A stretch of DNA of 63,964 nt, counting the filler, from Lenisia limosa (Eukaryota > Protista > Breviatea): the NCBI GenBank assembly GCA_001655205.1. It is 14 parts of 14 records of this genome, joined end to end, with 100 filler letters (N's around TTAATTAATTAA, not from the genome) between each part and the next. Parts side by side here need not be neighbours in the genome. Positions count along the whole stretch, not along the records: positions 1 to 5,730 come from LPNZ01003796.1; positions 5,831 to 10,453 come from LPNZ01009810.1; positions 10,554 to 12,300 come from LPNZ01009939.1; 11 more parts are not named here. One strand, 5' to 3'. Below, piece by piece: positions 1 through 11,299 of the stretch; position 1 is the stretch's first letter, and each line of letters starts with the position of its first letter. A program made the translations under genes and the position numbers. The notes beneath the pieces are model-generated. The model saw only the letters and a list, made by a program, of their open reading frames with translations. It was not told the DNA's origin and did no database searches.

Positions 1-8
1 TTCACCCA

Positions 9-3000
9 TCACCCAAATAGGGCAATTCTGTTCTCAGCCCCCACCTTCTCATTGTCCTGAGCAATGTCCTTCCTGAGCCTGCGCTTGGCCTGGAGGTCCT
101 TGTGATACTGATCCATCCTCGTGACTACGTCCACGTCATCCGCATCGGTCATGCGCCGACTCTTGTCACCTTGGGGAATTAAATAGAGGATAATACGATG
201 AATCCTGGGGATGAAAATAAGTATATTTCGATGCAACAATCTCCCTTCGCACTCATAAACGACCTGCCCTGGGTGGAGGAGTCAATATCGCTGTTTTGCT
301 GATTCCGCAGAGTGGCCATTTTGTTGCGATGCCGTGTGTCATGGTCCTATAGGGTGAGGGCGGATCCGTAGCTACCATTGTCCTACATCCCTGTTTACGT
401 GGCCTCTATTGTTATTATTTTGGATGTTTAATTGTTTTACAGTATCATAACGGCATCGCATTTAGTGTCAACAAAGCTATCATGACAACGACATCGCATT
501 TAGTGTCAACAAAGCTCACCTTCATTCTCTGGAGGGTCTGGTTCCATTGCTTCTGTGGGATACGAGACTTGGCAGGTGAGCCTGAGGAGGGGTGAGATAA
601 AGACTTGGCAGGGTGAGATAAATGATAAAACGAGAAAAAAAAAAAACAAAAAAAAACATATCTACCANNNNNNNNNNNNNNNNNNNNNNNNNNNNNNNNN
701 NNNNNNNNNNNNNNNNNNNNNNNNNNNNNNNNNNNNNNNNNNNNNNNNNNTTCCTACGTGAAGTAAAAGATGCGAAATACACACGATGTAACTCCCTGTT
801 TAAATTGGTTCAAATTATAGTAGCCAATGTTAATTACTTAATTCATCAGTTTTATCCATAATCTACATTGTTTAGCATACTTGTTTTCCTTTTCATTTAT
901 CTACAAAATTGTTTAGCCTACTTGTTTTCCTTTTCATTTATCTACAACATTGTCCAGCCTACTTGTTTTCCTTTTCATTTATCTACTACATTGTTCAGCC
1001 TACTTGTTTTCCTTATCATTTATCTACTACATTGTTTAGCCTACTTGTTTTCCTTGGCCATGCTGGCGGCAACTTGAGCAACTACTTCATCCAGCTCCTT
1101 CTGCAGCTCCTCTGCATGGTCCTCAGCCTCTTCCTTGAGACGACGTTCAGCAGTGATCTTCAGTGTGAGTCATAGAACCGTCGTTAACAATTTGAGTGTA
1201 AATGATGGGTGAGTATCATTTATGAATGAAATGATGTGCTATTAAACGCTCCAAAATTGAAACAGGTAATCAAAAAAAGTTGGCGGGGATATCTCAAGTT
1301 TAGGGCTTCACTTCGGTTCAAAAAAAGACTGAATTTCTCGACAAATCCTCGAAAACTATCTATCTTTTTTGAAACGAAGTGAAGCCCCCTATCCATCTTA
1401 ATTAACCCCCCACTTGGTCCTGTAGCGTGTCATTGGCGGATGTGAGGCTTGTGATGGCTTCGGTCAGCGCCTCTTTGGCGTCAGCGCACTCCTCTCGCAA
1501 ACCACACATGTCCTCAAGCTCATCTTGCACCTGAGACGGTGAGAATGGGTGTGGTGGAGGGATTTATTCATGGGTTCATATATCACACACCAAAAATCTC
1601 AAGAAACATAAACCCTTCACCCTGGCAAGTTGACGAGCGGCCTCCGCGTTGACTGCAGCCTAAACCGTTATTACTCCGCCAGCCACGTAATTAGGGCTTC
1701 CCTACGGTCCAAAAAAGACTGGATTTCTCAATAATTTCTTGATAATATCTCGATAATTTTGATAAATATCGATATTTTCACGGTCTTTTTCGGATCATAG
1801 GGAAGCCTTACGTAATACATGTAGGGTGCGGTGACCGTAAGTCTTGATCGATTTTTCAGGCTTCCCTTTTATAACATCGTCCAGGACTTACACAAGCCAG
1901 TGGAATATATCTTACTTTGATACGCATATGATACATTATATAATATTTGATACTATTACTACATGAAGGTTGCTTTTTGTGATGGATAAAACAGCCACAT
2001 CATAGCAATATATGTTGAAATGTAGACGTGGTATAGAATAATGATAATGTGAAGTTAGTCCAACCATTTTAGCTTCTTCTTCAAGTACTTCAATTTGGGC
2101 TTGAGCGTGGGCCAACTGCGTTTCCGCCGTCTTTGATAGGGGGAAATAAGAAGAGGACGTAGAGGTTTGATTAAGTGGTCAGAAATAGAAGATGCATCAT
2201 CATCATGTGCCACTCAAACTCTAAACACACACAACAAGCTGTTTGTAGCATTACGAATAAATACCCCATTCATTGGTCACCCCCCCCCCACATCAAGATC
2301 ATTGGTCAGTTCCTCAACATTGCGCTCAAGATCGCGAGATTTGGAGTTCAGTTCATCAACTTCCGACTTATCTTCCGCAGCGGCCCGAAGTACCTGGTTC
2401 TCCTCCTCCAGCACCCGAGCACTTTCCTGGGCACGCACAACTTCGGCTTCGGTTTCTTCCAGTTTGCGATTCAGTTCACTGCGCGCAGACGTGCACTCCG
2501 ATGTGGCGCAACGCGAGGATTCAAGCTCTTTTGTCAGGCGCGCAATTTCATCGTTATCTGACGCACCACGTGCGTTCACCTCCTGCTCCAATCGCTCTTC
2601 CAGCTCGGCTATCCGAGCCTTATCCGCAGCCTCATTGGCCTTGGTCGAGGCAAGAACAGTCTGGAGTTCGGCGAGTTCGGAAGCTTGGTCGGCAATTTTA
2701 GCTTCAGCTTCCGACATATCCGACGACATTCCAGCATGAATAGCGGCTTGTTCAGCCAGTTCCGTCTCCATGGCTGCAATCTTCTTCAAGGCGTCACTGA
2801 GCTGCTGAGAGAGTTCGTCCTTTTCTTCGGTTGCTGTTGTCTCTTCACTGGCCCGTCGGCTCTCGGCAAGGTCCAGTTCGCCTCGGATGGAGTTCAGTTC
2901 CTCCTCATGAGTTGAGGTTGAGGCGGCCAATTTCTCCTCCAGTTCCGCAATCCGGCCATCGGAGTCGGCAGAAAGCGCGTCGAGTTCGGCCACGCGGGCC

Positions 3001-5479
3001 TCTGCACGTGACCATTTATCGTGTTCGTCGTGCAGAGCCGTCTCCAGCTCCGTGGCTCGGTCTGACTCGGCCACTACGGCGTCCTCAGCTGCCTGTCGTC
3101 CGGCACGGGCGGAGGATAGTTGAGCCGCCATCTCGTCCAGCTGATCTTGGAGATCGGCAGTGTCTTCAAGTTCGCGTCTGGGTGAGGAAGTATAGGTAAA
3201 TTTATGAAACAAAAAAATAGCCCATAATCAACTCTGTTGGCTAGCAACACACGAGGGTTGGGAACAAAACAAATAAAGCCTCTGGGGGGTGTGGATGTGA
3301 CAAAGGATACTTCGATGGTGTATTGGTTATAGGATTCTTTTTGGTAATAAAAAGACGAAACATATAAAAAAAACATCACCGAAATACTACACCCCACCCA
3401 TGCCAAATCATATCCTAGCACCAACAAGCCCCACCGCGCGGCCTGAAGGTCATCCTCCATTTTGGCGAGGTCATCACCAAGTCCGGCTCGGGCCTCGTGA
3501 CAAGCTTGTTCGTGGTTCCGCGACTCTGACGGGGGTGAAAAGTGGATATCTTTGAAACAAAAACCCAAAAAATACTTTTCAGGAAAGAATTGAGGGATTT
3601 TATATATCAGCAGCAACATACGATTTCCTGTGTATACAGTACAGTACATAACAAATTACTATCTGATAAATATGATACATCCACAAAACAAAGAAGATTG
3701 CACCCACCTTGAAGGGCCTCTTCTAAGTCTTTTCGCTCCTCTTCCAAGGCATCCATTTGTTCCTGTATTGTTAGGGGGTAAGGATGCAGTAAATACATTG
3801 CAAGTAAAGGCATTGTGAGTGAATACTTCGCTACCAATGAAACACTAATTTCCTTGGATCAGTTTCTCAAAATTGACAGTCCCGTGCGATTGCCTAACCT
3901 GCATGGCCTGGACAATAGACGCGTGATGCGCTTCTTGCTCAGCTAATGCGCGTGCTTCTGCCTCCTTTTGCGTTAGCATACATAATGACTCAAAAAGCGA
4001 TATGATGATGGGAGTTGTTAAAGAAATGGGCAACCTCGTTTCCTTAATAATTCCCTGTACCAAAAAGACCAGCTAAATAATATATGATATATTATCGACA
4101 CTCTTTGAGGATTTCTCTCTTAATTGGGACCTGAGGAAAAACCCAAGGCAGTAGAAAAACCATTGTCATAGTCTTAGAGAAATCTCATTGGAAATCAAAT
4201 CCCCACCTGGGCTTCCAAAGCAAGGCGTTCTCTGTCTCTGGCCTCCTCAATAGCCTTCATCGACGACGCATGCTCCATCTCCTGCTTCTCGCGTTCACGC
4301 TCCTGTCGCTCCTCCTCCAATAACCGCTTCATCTCGTCCTTGTCTGCAGGAGAGAGAGGGGGGGGGGGATGAAAATGGAAACNNNNNNNNNNNNNNNNNN
4401 NNNNNNNNNNNNNNNNNNNNNNNNNNNNNNNNNNNNNNNNNNNNNNNNNNNNNNNNNNNNNNNGCGGCTTGGGTGGACTTCTTATCCTCCTCAGTTTGCT
4501 AAATGGTTACCATTTTGGTCTTAAGGCTCAATACAATATGCACAACAAAACAGGAAATAGTAGTTTCATGTGAATATTTGTGCAGCTTTACAGGATTTGC
4601 CAGAGATTTTCGCCCAGGCCAGCCCCACCTGGACGTCATGCTGTCTGAATAGGGAGATGTAGGTGAGAATCGAGTGCTCATCCGGGAACTCAGCGACGTC
4701 CTCGGGATCTAGAATGGCAGGAATGCCAAGTTCGTTTTCGGCAATCTGGGAGGGGGATGAAGGGCATGATAAAAAATGAAGAAGCTGGTATCAGTGTAGT
4801 TCATTTCCATGTGCAAGATAGGGAATAATTACAATATACTGGACTTCAGCAGGTCACAAGTTCTGATAGTGTCACAGGGTTCAAATTAGAAGTTTACACA
4901 CTGTTTGATGGGAAGAATACGCCCCTTTCACCAACCTGGAAAGCCTCCCTCATGTCCTCAATCGGGTTATCCTAAAGGGTCAAATGTGGCAATGTTACAG
5001 GAGCTGTTTTTTGAAATATCGTATCAAAAGTATGTGATATGATATGTATACGTTTCTACTTCCCTTTACTTATCACATTCCCACTTACACCAGTAACACT
5101 ATCAACATTAAGGTTTCCCGGCGCGTAATGGTCAACAAGAGCGCTGAAAGCCTTGCCATCTTGGAAACTGAAAAGTCAGGTGAAACCACACGAAAAGCTT
5201 GTCCCATGCTGGCTCTTTGGGTATGATGGTGGCAAAAGTAGATCACACTGAAGCCTGGGGCCCCATCAACAATCGAGGTGATAAAGCACCAATCAATAAT
5301 CGAGGTGATAAAGCACCAATCAAAAATCGAGGTGATAAAGCACCAATCAACAATCGTTAGGCACCAATTCCCATCGCACTCGGTAGTGAGGTTTGACACC
5401 TGTATTTCGTCGTAGCCGGCCATGACGTCAGCGATCCAGGTCTTGACAGCAGCCTTGCCACCCCGGACCTTGGCCCCGT
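9..5479 (-). CDS. Multi-exon calponin-homology (CH) domain plus long coiled-coil protein, partial (5' end lost at the 5731-5830 linker; 3' end may run off the window)
   Basis: Spliced exons at 5479-4620 read KAAVKTWIADVMAGYDEIQVSNLTTDFQDGKAFSALVDHYAPG...IAENELGIPAILDPEDVAEFPDEHSILTYISLF, a typical CH signature. These are followed by heptad-rich E/A/L exons, including a large exon of about 2290-3177 (ORF 2277..3212). Confidence 0.8.
861..1054. repeat. Intronic minisatellite, 38-41 bp x5
   Basis: Unit ATCTAC(TAC)ATTGTTTAGCCTACTTGTTTTCCTTTTCATTT. Confidence 0.95.
1301..1388. mobile_element. Family A MITE. Further copies: 1692-1810, 11640-11725, about 16826-16915 (degenerate), 17843-17942, 22529-22583 (internally deleted), 47028-47120, 61427-61474
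   Basis: Same TIR sequences; TSDs absent or eroded. Confidence 0.85.
5265..5356. repeat. Intronic minisatellite, 27 bp x about 3.4
   Basis: Unit ATCAACAATCGAGGTGATAAAGCACCA. Confidence 0.95.
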
Positions 5480-5627
5480 CTGCAAAATGTCAGAGAAATA
5501 CCAAAGGTTTGGAAGTGGTAGGAGGAAAGAAACGGTCTAAGATGCAGAGTAGGAGGCTTGATAAAGTCCGATCTGCGTATTTGACGAAAGGCATCCGGAA
5601 AATCTTGAGAAGTCATTTTGCTCATAC

Positions 5628-5721
5628 TAGGGCTTCACTTCGGTTCAAAAAGACCGGTAAAAGATCGATAGTTTTCGAGGATTGAGAATTCAGTCTTTTT
5701 TCGAACCGAAGTGAAGCCCTA
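5628..5721. mobile_element. Family A hAT-like MITE
   Basis: TIR TAGGGCTTCACTTCGGTTC...GAACCGAAGTGAAGCCCTA; perfect 8-bp TSD GCTCATAC (5620-5627 and 5722-5729). Confidence 0.92.
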
Positions 5722-5775
5722 GCTCATACCNNNNNNNNNNNNNNNNNNNNNNNNNNNNNNNNNNNNNNNNNNNNT

Positions 5776-5787
5776 TAATTAATTAAN
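5776..5787. other. Artificial scaffold linker TTAATTAATTAA inside ~100-nt N gaps. Also at about 10498, 12345, 14861, 21115, 25240, 40519, 46972, 55150, 57334, 60203, 61702, 62908
   Basis: Identical 12-mer giving stops in all six frames, always centred in an N run. Confidence 0.97.
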
Positions 5788-6572
5788 NNNNNNNNNNNNN
5801 NNNNNNNNNNNNNNNNNNNNNNNNNNNNNNAGGGTGACGACGAAGGAAATTATGACAAGGATATTGGGGGGGGGGGTCAATATTAAAATTTGGATAGGGA
5901 AGAAGTAACAAAGCTCAGGTCAGTCGTTTAGGGTTGAAGGGTGTAAAACAAAAAAAAATGAACGTCAGTAATAAACAATAAGAGTTACACACAGAGAAAC
6001 TGAAAAGAAGTACAAGAGTGGGCGATTAATTAATGGTTTTAACCTGATTTTTGAAATATGGACCTTTTTAAATGGGGATCTGCTGATACAGTCAAATTAA
6101 TCAGATCATTGGCATTAATAAGGTCCTTACTTTTCACGTTTTGCAACATTGTATTTATATTTCGGCCCTCTCAGATCTTAGAAGATCCAGATTTAGATCC
6201 GAATTGTGAATTCAATTGTCCATATTTATTACTCAGGGTATGAAGAGGTTGCAAATATTGTTAATACATCATGCAACCTTGACTTGAATGAAAAGGATAT
6301 CAAGAATACTGTAAGGCGCAATCTCGTTACACAAGAACGTAGGATGGCAATCAACCATTTTCTTCCTATTCTTATCAACTAGTTGGAAATGATAAGTCGT
6401 TCATGGCCACCTGACACACTCTCCCCTCCCCTAGACCCACATAATCTACTTAGCGGCTTTTGAGCGATGCTATTTTGGAGCTGCTTACGATTTTCTACTT
6501 TGCGTGGAACACCCACCCATGTACCTACTTAGCCTATCAGTTCTTATTGACTGACTTCATTGTTTTTAGGTC

Positions 6573-9500
6573 CTACAGGCACGACAAACGTGGCGAATTG
6601 ACCTCTTTTATCCCAGTCTGTGAAGATACTTTTTGAAGGAACTTGTTGTATTTTGCTTTTACTCTGTATTTCTAGGGTGAGCCACCCACCACCACTCTGG
6701 ACAGTCCGAGGGTGTCATTATCGGTAAGGCTGTATCATTTAATAGTTGAAAAATTTCAAATCTTCTCAAGGATGGTCGGCATCGAAATCGTGCTTCAACA
6801 TTCACCTCGTGGAACTCACCCATCTCTCTGACGATTCCCGAGATCGAAGCTTGTGTCTCTCGTGGCAGTGAACGGGCTTGGACATCCATGAGCTCTTTCT
6901 TCCCAGACATGACTCCCTCTAAATTAAACACTATCGCCTACCGCCACAGTTTTGGTAATGTACCGAACAGCTGTCAGTTGAGGAGGAAGATAATAGGTAT
7001 GTTTTGGAAGAGGCATCAGTATTTTATCAAAAAGCCCGTCCAAGCGAAACACCAGGCTAAAACCAACGACAAGGTGTCCGCAGCCTCGGAAGCCCACGTT
7101 CTTGTCCCTCATGTTAGACCCCTCTCTCTCATCAAAAAAGGGATACCAACCAAAGTATCCCGAGCCCCATCGTCGACTCCAAAGGCGTTAATAATCATCC
7201 GTCTTCCCAGTTTTTCTTTGATTCGGTGTACTTTTCTTGTTCTGATTGTTCTTATTGAAATAGTGTTTTCTACTTCCAGTGAACTGGGTTATATATTTTT
7301 TTTGGTATACTATTCTAAACAAAACAACAATAATAATGATAATAACAAATGGAGACAAAATGGATGAGACAAGAGCTTTCAAAATGGCTAAGTTATTTAC
7401 CCCCCCCCCCCTANNNNNNNNNNNNNNNNNNNNNNNNNNNNNNNNNNNNNNNNNNNNNNNNNNNNNNNNNNNNNNNNNNNNGAGCAATGGTCAAATCTGG
7501 ACACACTTGTGCTCGGACCTGTGCTGGTAAGAACAACTTTGGGTATCGGGTGTTGCTTCAGTAGAAATTTACCATCACATATCTTTACAAAACAATACTG
7601 CAACCAAAGACCCTACTTTTTCATCCTTTAGCTCCTTCTTAGTTACTGATAAAACGTCAGCTGCTTGTCGAACATGTCTGGGTGTTTAAAAAAAAAGCTA
7701 TTATCAGGTTGAAAAGGAGCACTTTATACTACGAGGCCTGTCACACACTTTCAATGATATGGCTTACACACACAATAAAAAATCCAGAAGAAAGATACGA
7801 AGAAAACCCAACAAATGCGATAAACAACATACTTCAACGCAGCCACTTCGGAAGAACAGTCCCTTACAACACCTATATTTTGATAAGAACTGGTTCGAAG
7901 AATGTGCTTTTGATATGTATGATATGCATGCTGATATGATATAACTAGATATAAACATACATACATACATATGATATATAGCTAATATGTACTTGAAAAA
8001 CGTATTCATCTACTCAAATAGAGATAATATTTTGAGGGTGCTAGGAAATACTTTCAATACCCAAAATGAAGCTCCTATCACTCTCACTGTCTTGAAATAC
8101 AGATATCATATGATATCAAGTTCAAAAGCACAAGCTTTACTGCAAATGATAATACTAAATACCGATCCCCCCAGGTACCGGTCCAGGCTGACACCTGGCT
8201 GGCAGCGGCCTTGATGGCAATACCAGTGCCGAGGGTACACAGGTCGGGCCGCTGGAGAATGGCGTTGAAGCACACCGCGTCCACGCGCTGCGCCAAGGCC
8301 GATATCACGTGTTCACATGCGGTGAAATCCAGCACAGCTTCTTGGAGGACTGTGTGGGGGGGGGGGGNNNNNNNNNNNNNNNNNNNNNNNNNNNNNNNNN
8401 NNNNNNNNNNNNNNNNNNNNNNNNNNNNNNNNNNNNNNNNNNNNGGGGAAAGAATTCTAAATGTAATTGTATACTATCATATGTAACATTTCAAAAAAAA
8501 ACTTGTAAATCGTCCAAAAAGCCAACTTTTAAATGCCTTAAGGAAGATGGCCTCCACATCTTCGGGAGCACAAGACGCGGGCTTGGCCTCCCCCATCGCC
8601 ATTTGGAGGGGACTTGGCTGGTCCACTACTGCTGTTGGGAGAAATTGTGTCGCCTCTTCAAAATGATGGTTCACGAAAGAAGTGAAAAGCGCCTAGAGGG
8701 GGGGGGGGGGGNNNNNNNNNNNNNNNNNNNNNNNNNNNNNNNNNNNNNNNNNNNNNNNNNNNNNNNNNNNNNNNNNNNNNNNNNNNNNNNNNNNNNNNNN
8801 NNNNNNNNNNNNNNNNNNNNNNNNNNNNNNNNNTAATAAAATTGCATATTTAATCATTGATGCAAACAACAACTCTACTGATTATAGTAAATCAGTGTCA
8901 TCATCCTACCTGGGTTTTGTTTGATACAAAAATGCAGAAGGTTCGAACAGTCTTGGTAACTGAACTCGCCGCATCTGTAGCCTGTGGGGAAGGGAGGGTG
9001 AAATATTGCCTTATATAAAAACCTAACACATTCTCAAAAAAACACTAAGGATTAAGTCCCCACTTTAAGGGGCGTGTTTGAGTCCTGCGGCGCAAGGTAT
9101 GCGTCTCTGATGTGGGCCTCGAGGAACATAAGAACTGACATGAGGAAAGCCATGTGTGTCGGGTTTACCGCTCTGGGAGGAGATGGTAAAGACATAATTT
9201 TTTTTTAGAAAACAGGGTGGGGAGTAAAACGAAGGAAATTTCGAAGAATAGTGGCGTACATGGTAAAAGACCTTTTTTTAATTATGTTGGAACGGCTTAA
9301 AGGAAATGAATGGAACCAAGTCGAGATCATTACAACATACACATTAACGGCCTCAGTTATGGCGTCAGTGACCGCGGCAATGACGGACATGCAGTTCGCT
9401 GGCGGCAGGGCTTGGGGGCCTCCTGGGGGATGTGAGTGCAACATGTTGGTTTCTGCACGAGAAGATATCTTTATCGAAGAGTCTTTTTAGGAGCGGAAGT

Positions 9501-11050
9501 GAAAGAATCGCCAGTTTTACACCGTGGTACTGACCCCCCTTTGTTTATGGTATCCCTATGTCTTTATTTGTTTCCCTAGATTTCTAATGTAATTATTTCT
9601 CTTGTTCAAAAAAAAAAGACCCCCAGCCTCACCAGTTATTGCGCCTGATTTCCTTGATTCTGCGGTGAATACTTCCCAGGATATGAGGGCGCGAACCAAC
9701 GAGGCTCCTGCCACCGGAGTGTCGGACTCAATTGAGAGATTTAGAGGAACGAGAGTTGCCTAAAATGGTGATGCAACTGTACAGAATTGTGAGATAATCA
9801 TCTTTTGTGGTATTTTGCACATCTTTTGATGCACATTTACAGCATACCGTAACAAGGTCCTTCGCAAGGTCTTTGAACTTCATACTCTCCAATTGCGCCT
9901 CCAATGCTGCAATTTTCTCTTCCCTGGGAGGGGGTGAGGATGGGAAAATTATGTTCAATAAGAACAAAAAAATCTGAATTGGAGACGCAATGACAAAAAA
10001 CGCTAAGGCTAAAGCTGCAGACTTGGCGCTGATGTCACTGAGGAAGGCCTGGGTCTTCGGACTTGGGTGTTGCGAGTCGTTTACGTGAGGGGGCACTGCG
10101 GCGGCTGGTGGGGACTCCAGGCCGGCAGGATCCCTGTGNNNNNNNNNNNNNNNNNNNNNNNNNNNNNNNNNNNNNNNNNNNNNNNNNNNNNNNNNNNNNN
10201 NNNNNNNNNNNNNNNNNNNNNNNNNNNNNNNNNNNNNNNNNNNNNNNNNNNNNNNNNNNNNNNGTGAACTGAAGATCAAGCAACAACATAAAAAAAAAAG
10301 TACAAAACTCAAATAGTAACAATCCATCCCTCGTCAAAATGATTATCTATCAACAAACACACTCATCACTCATCCTCCTACGGGGACACCGATCGTCTTC
10401 GCGGGCTGATTGGAATGGGGTGGATGAGGGGCACACCACTCCCGGAACGATTCNNNNNNNNNNNNNNNNNNNNNNNNNNNNNNNNNNNNNNNNNNNNTTA
10501 ATTAATTAANNNNNNNNNNNNNNNNNNNNNNNNNNNNNNNNNNNNNNNNNNNNGACTTGTCGGTCAAATCACAGAAGTGGACATATATGAGGTGTCATAT
10601 CACTTCGTGGAAAATTATATTTCATGCATGTGTGAAAATGATCCAAAAAGTGATATGATGACAAGTTCCAATTGTGAGCGTGTCAGAAAATATAATTCTG
10701 CGTTTACAAAGAAGAAAAAAACCTCTGATCACCCCCCCCCCCTCAAAGNNNNNNNNNNNNNNNNNNNNNNNNNNNNNNNNNNNNNNNNNNNNNNNNNNNN
10801 NNNNNNNNNNNNNNNNNNNNNNNNNNNNNNNNNNNNNNNNNNNNNNNNNNNNNNNNNNNNNNNNNNNNNNNNNNNNNNNNNNNNNNNNNNNNNNNNNNNN
10901 NNNNNNNNNNNNNNNNNNNNNNNNNNNNNNNNNNNNNNNNNNNNNNNCTCAGACCTGAATCCGGAGAGGAAGGAGTGTAAGGAGTCGAGGGGAAGGGAAA
11001 CGGACCTTGCAATGAGTGCGTCAAGAGCTCCGAGAATTACCCTGGAAATT
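6573..11050 (-). CDS. Multi-exon Dilute (DIL)-domain protein with S/P-rich N-terminal part, partial and interrupted by gaps
   Basis: Exon 8190-8345 reads ISALAQRVDAVCFNAILQRPDLCTLGTGIAIKAAASQVSAW, matching the myosin-V DIL pattern FNxLLxRxxxCxxxxGxxIxxxxSxxxxW. A later exon reads PKLFLPAQVRAQVCPDLT. Final exon ends ...SPRLSCL-TAG at 6573. The link to exons beyond the 10454 linker is inferred. Confidence 0.65.
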
Positions 11051-11299
11051 ACGATGACGTGGAAATATGGTGACGGTATAATAAGTTACTATGGATTGAG
11101 TTGCCCAATGTTGATATTCTAATGTGCACATATATAATGTATACAAGAGGTGGTAGGGTTGAGCAAAAAATGTCCCAAAGCCCCTTCTTGGAACATACAG
11201 AGCATCTTGAGAGGGAGCAGATTCAACCTAAAGAGAGGTTATTCAATAATGATAGACACATTTGCTTTGATGTTACAACAACATCATCATCACTAAAGA

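Noticed and set aside
2167-2915. Long plus-strand ORFs here and at 47182-47763, 41639-41965 and similar
   Set aside because: They are antisense shadows of real minus- or plus-strand exons. ORFs spanning X runs are gap artefacts.
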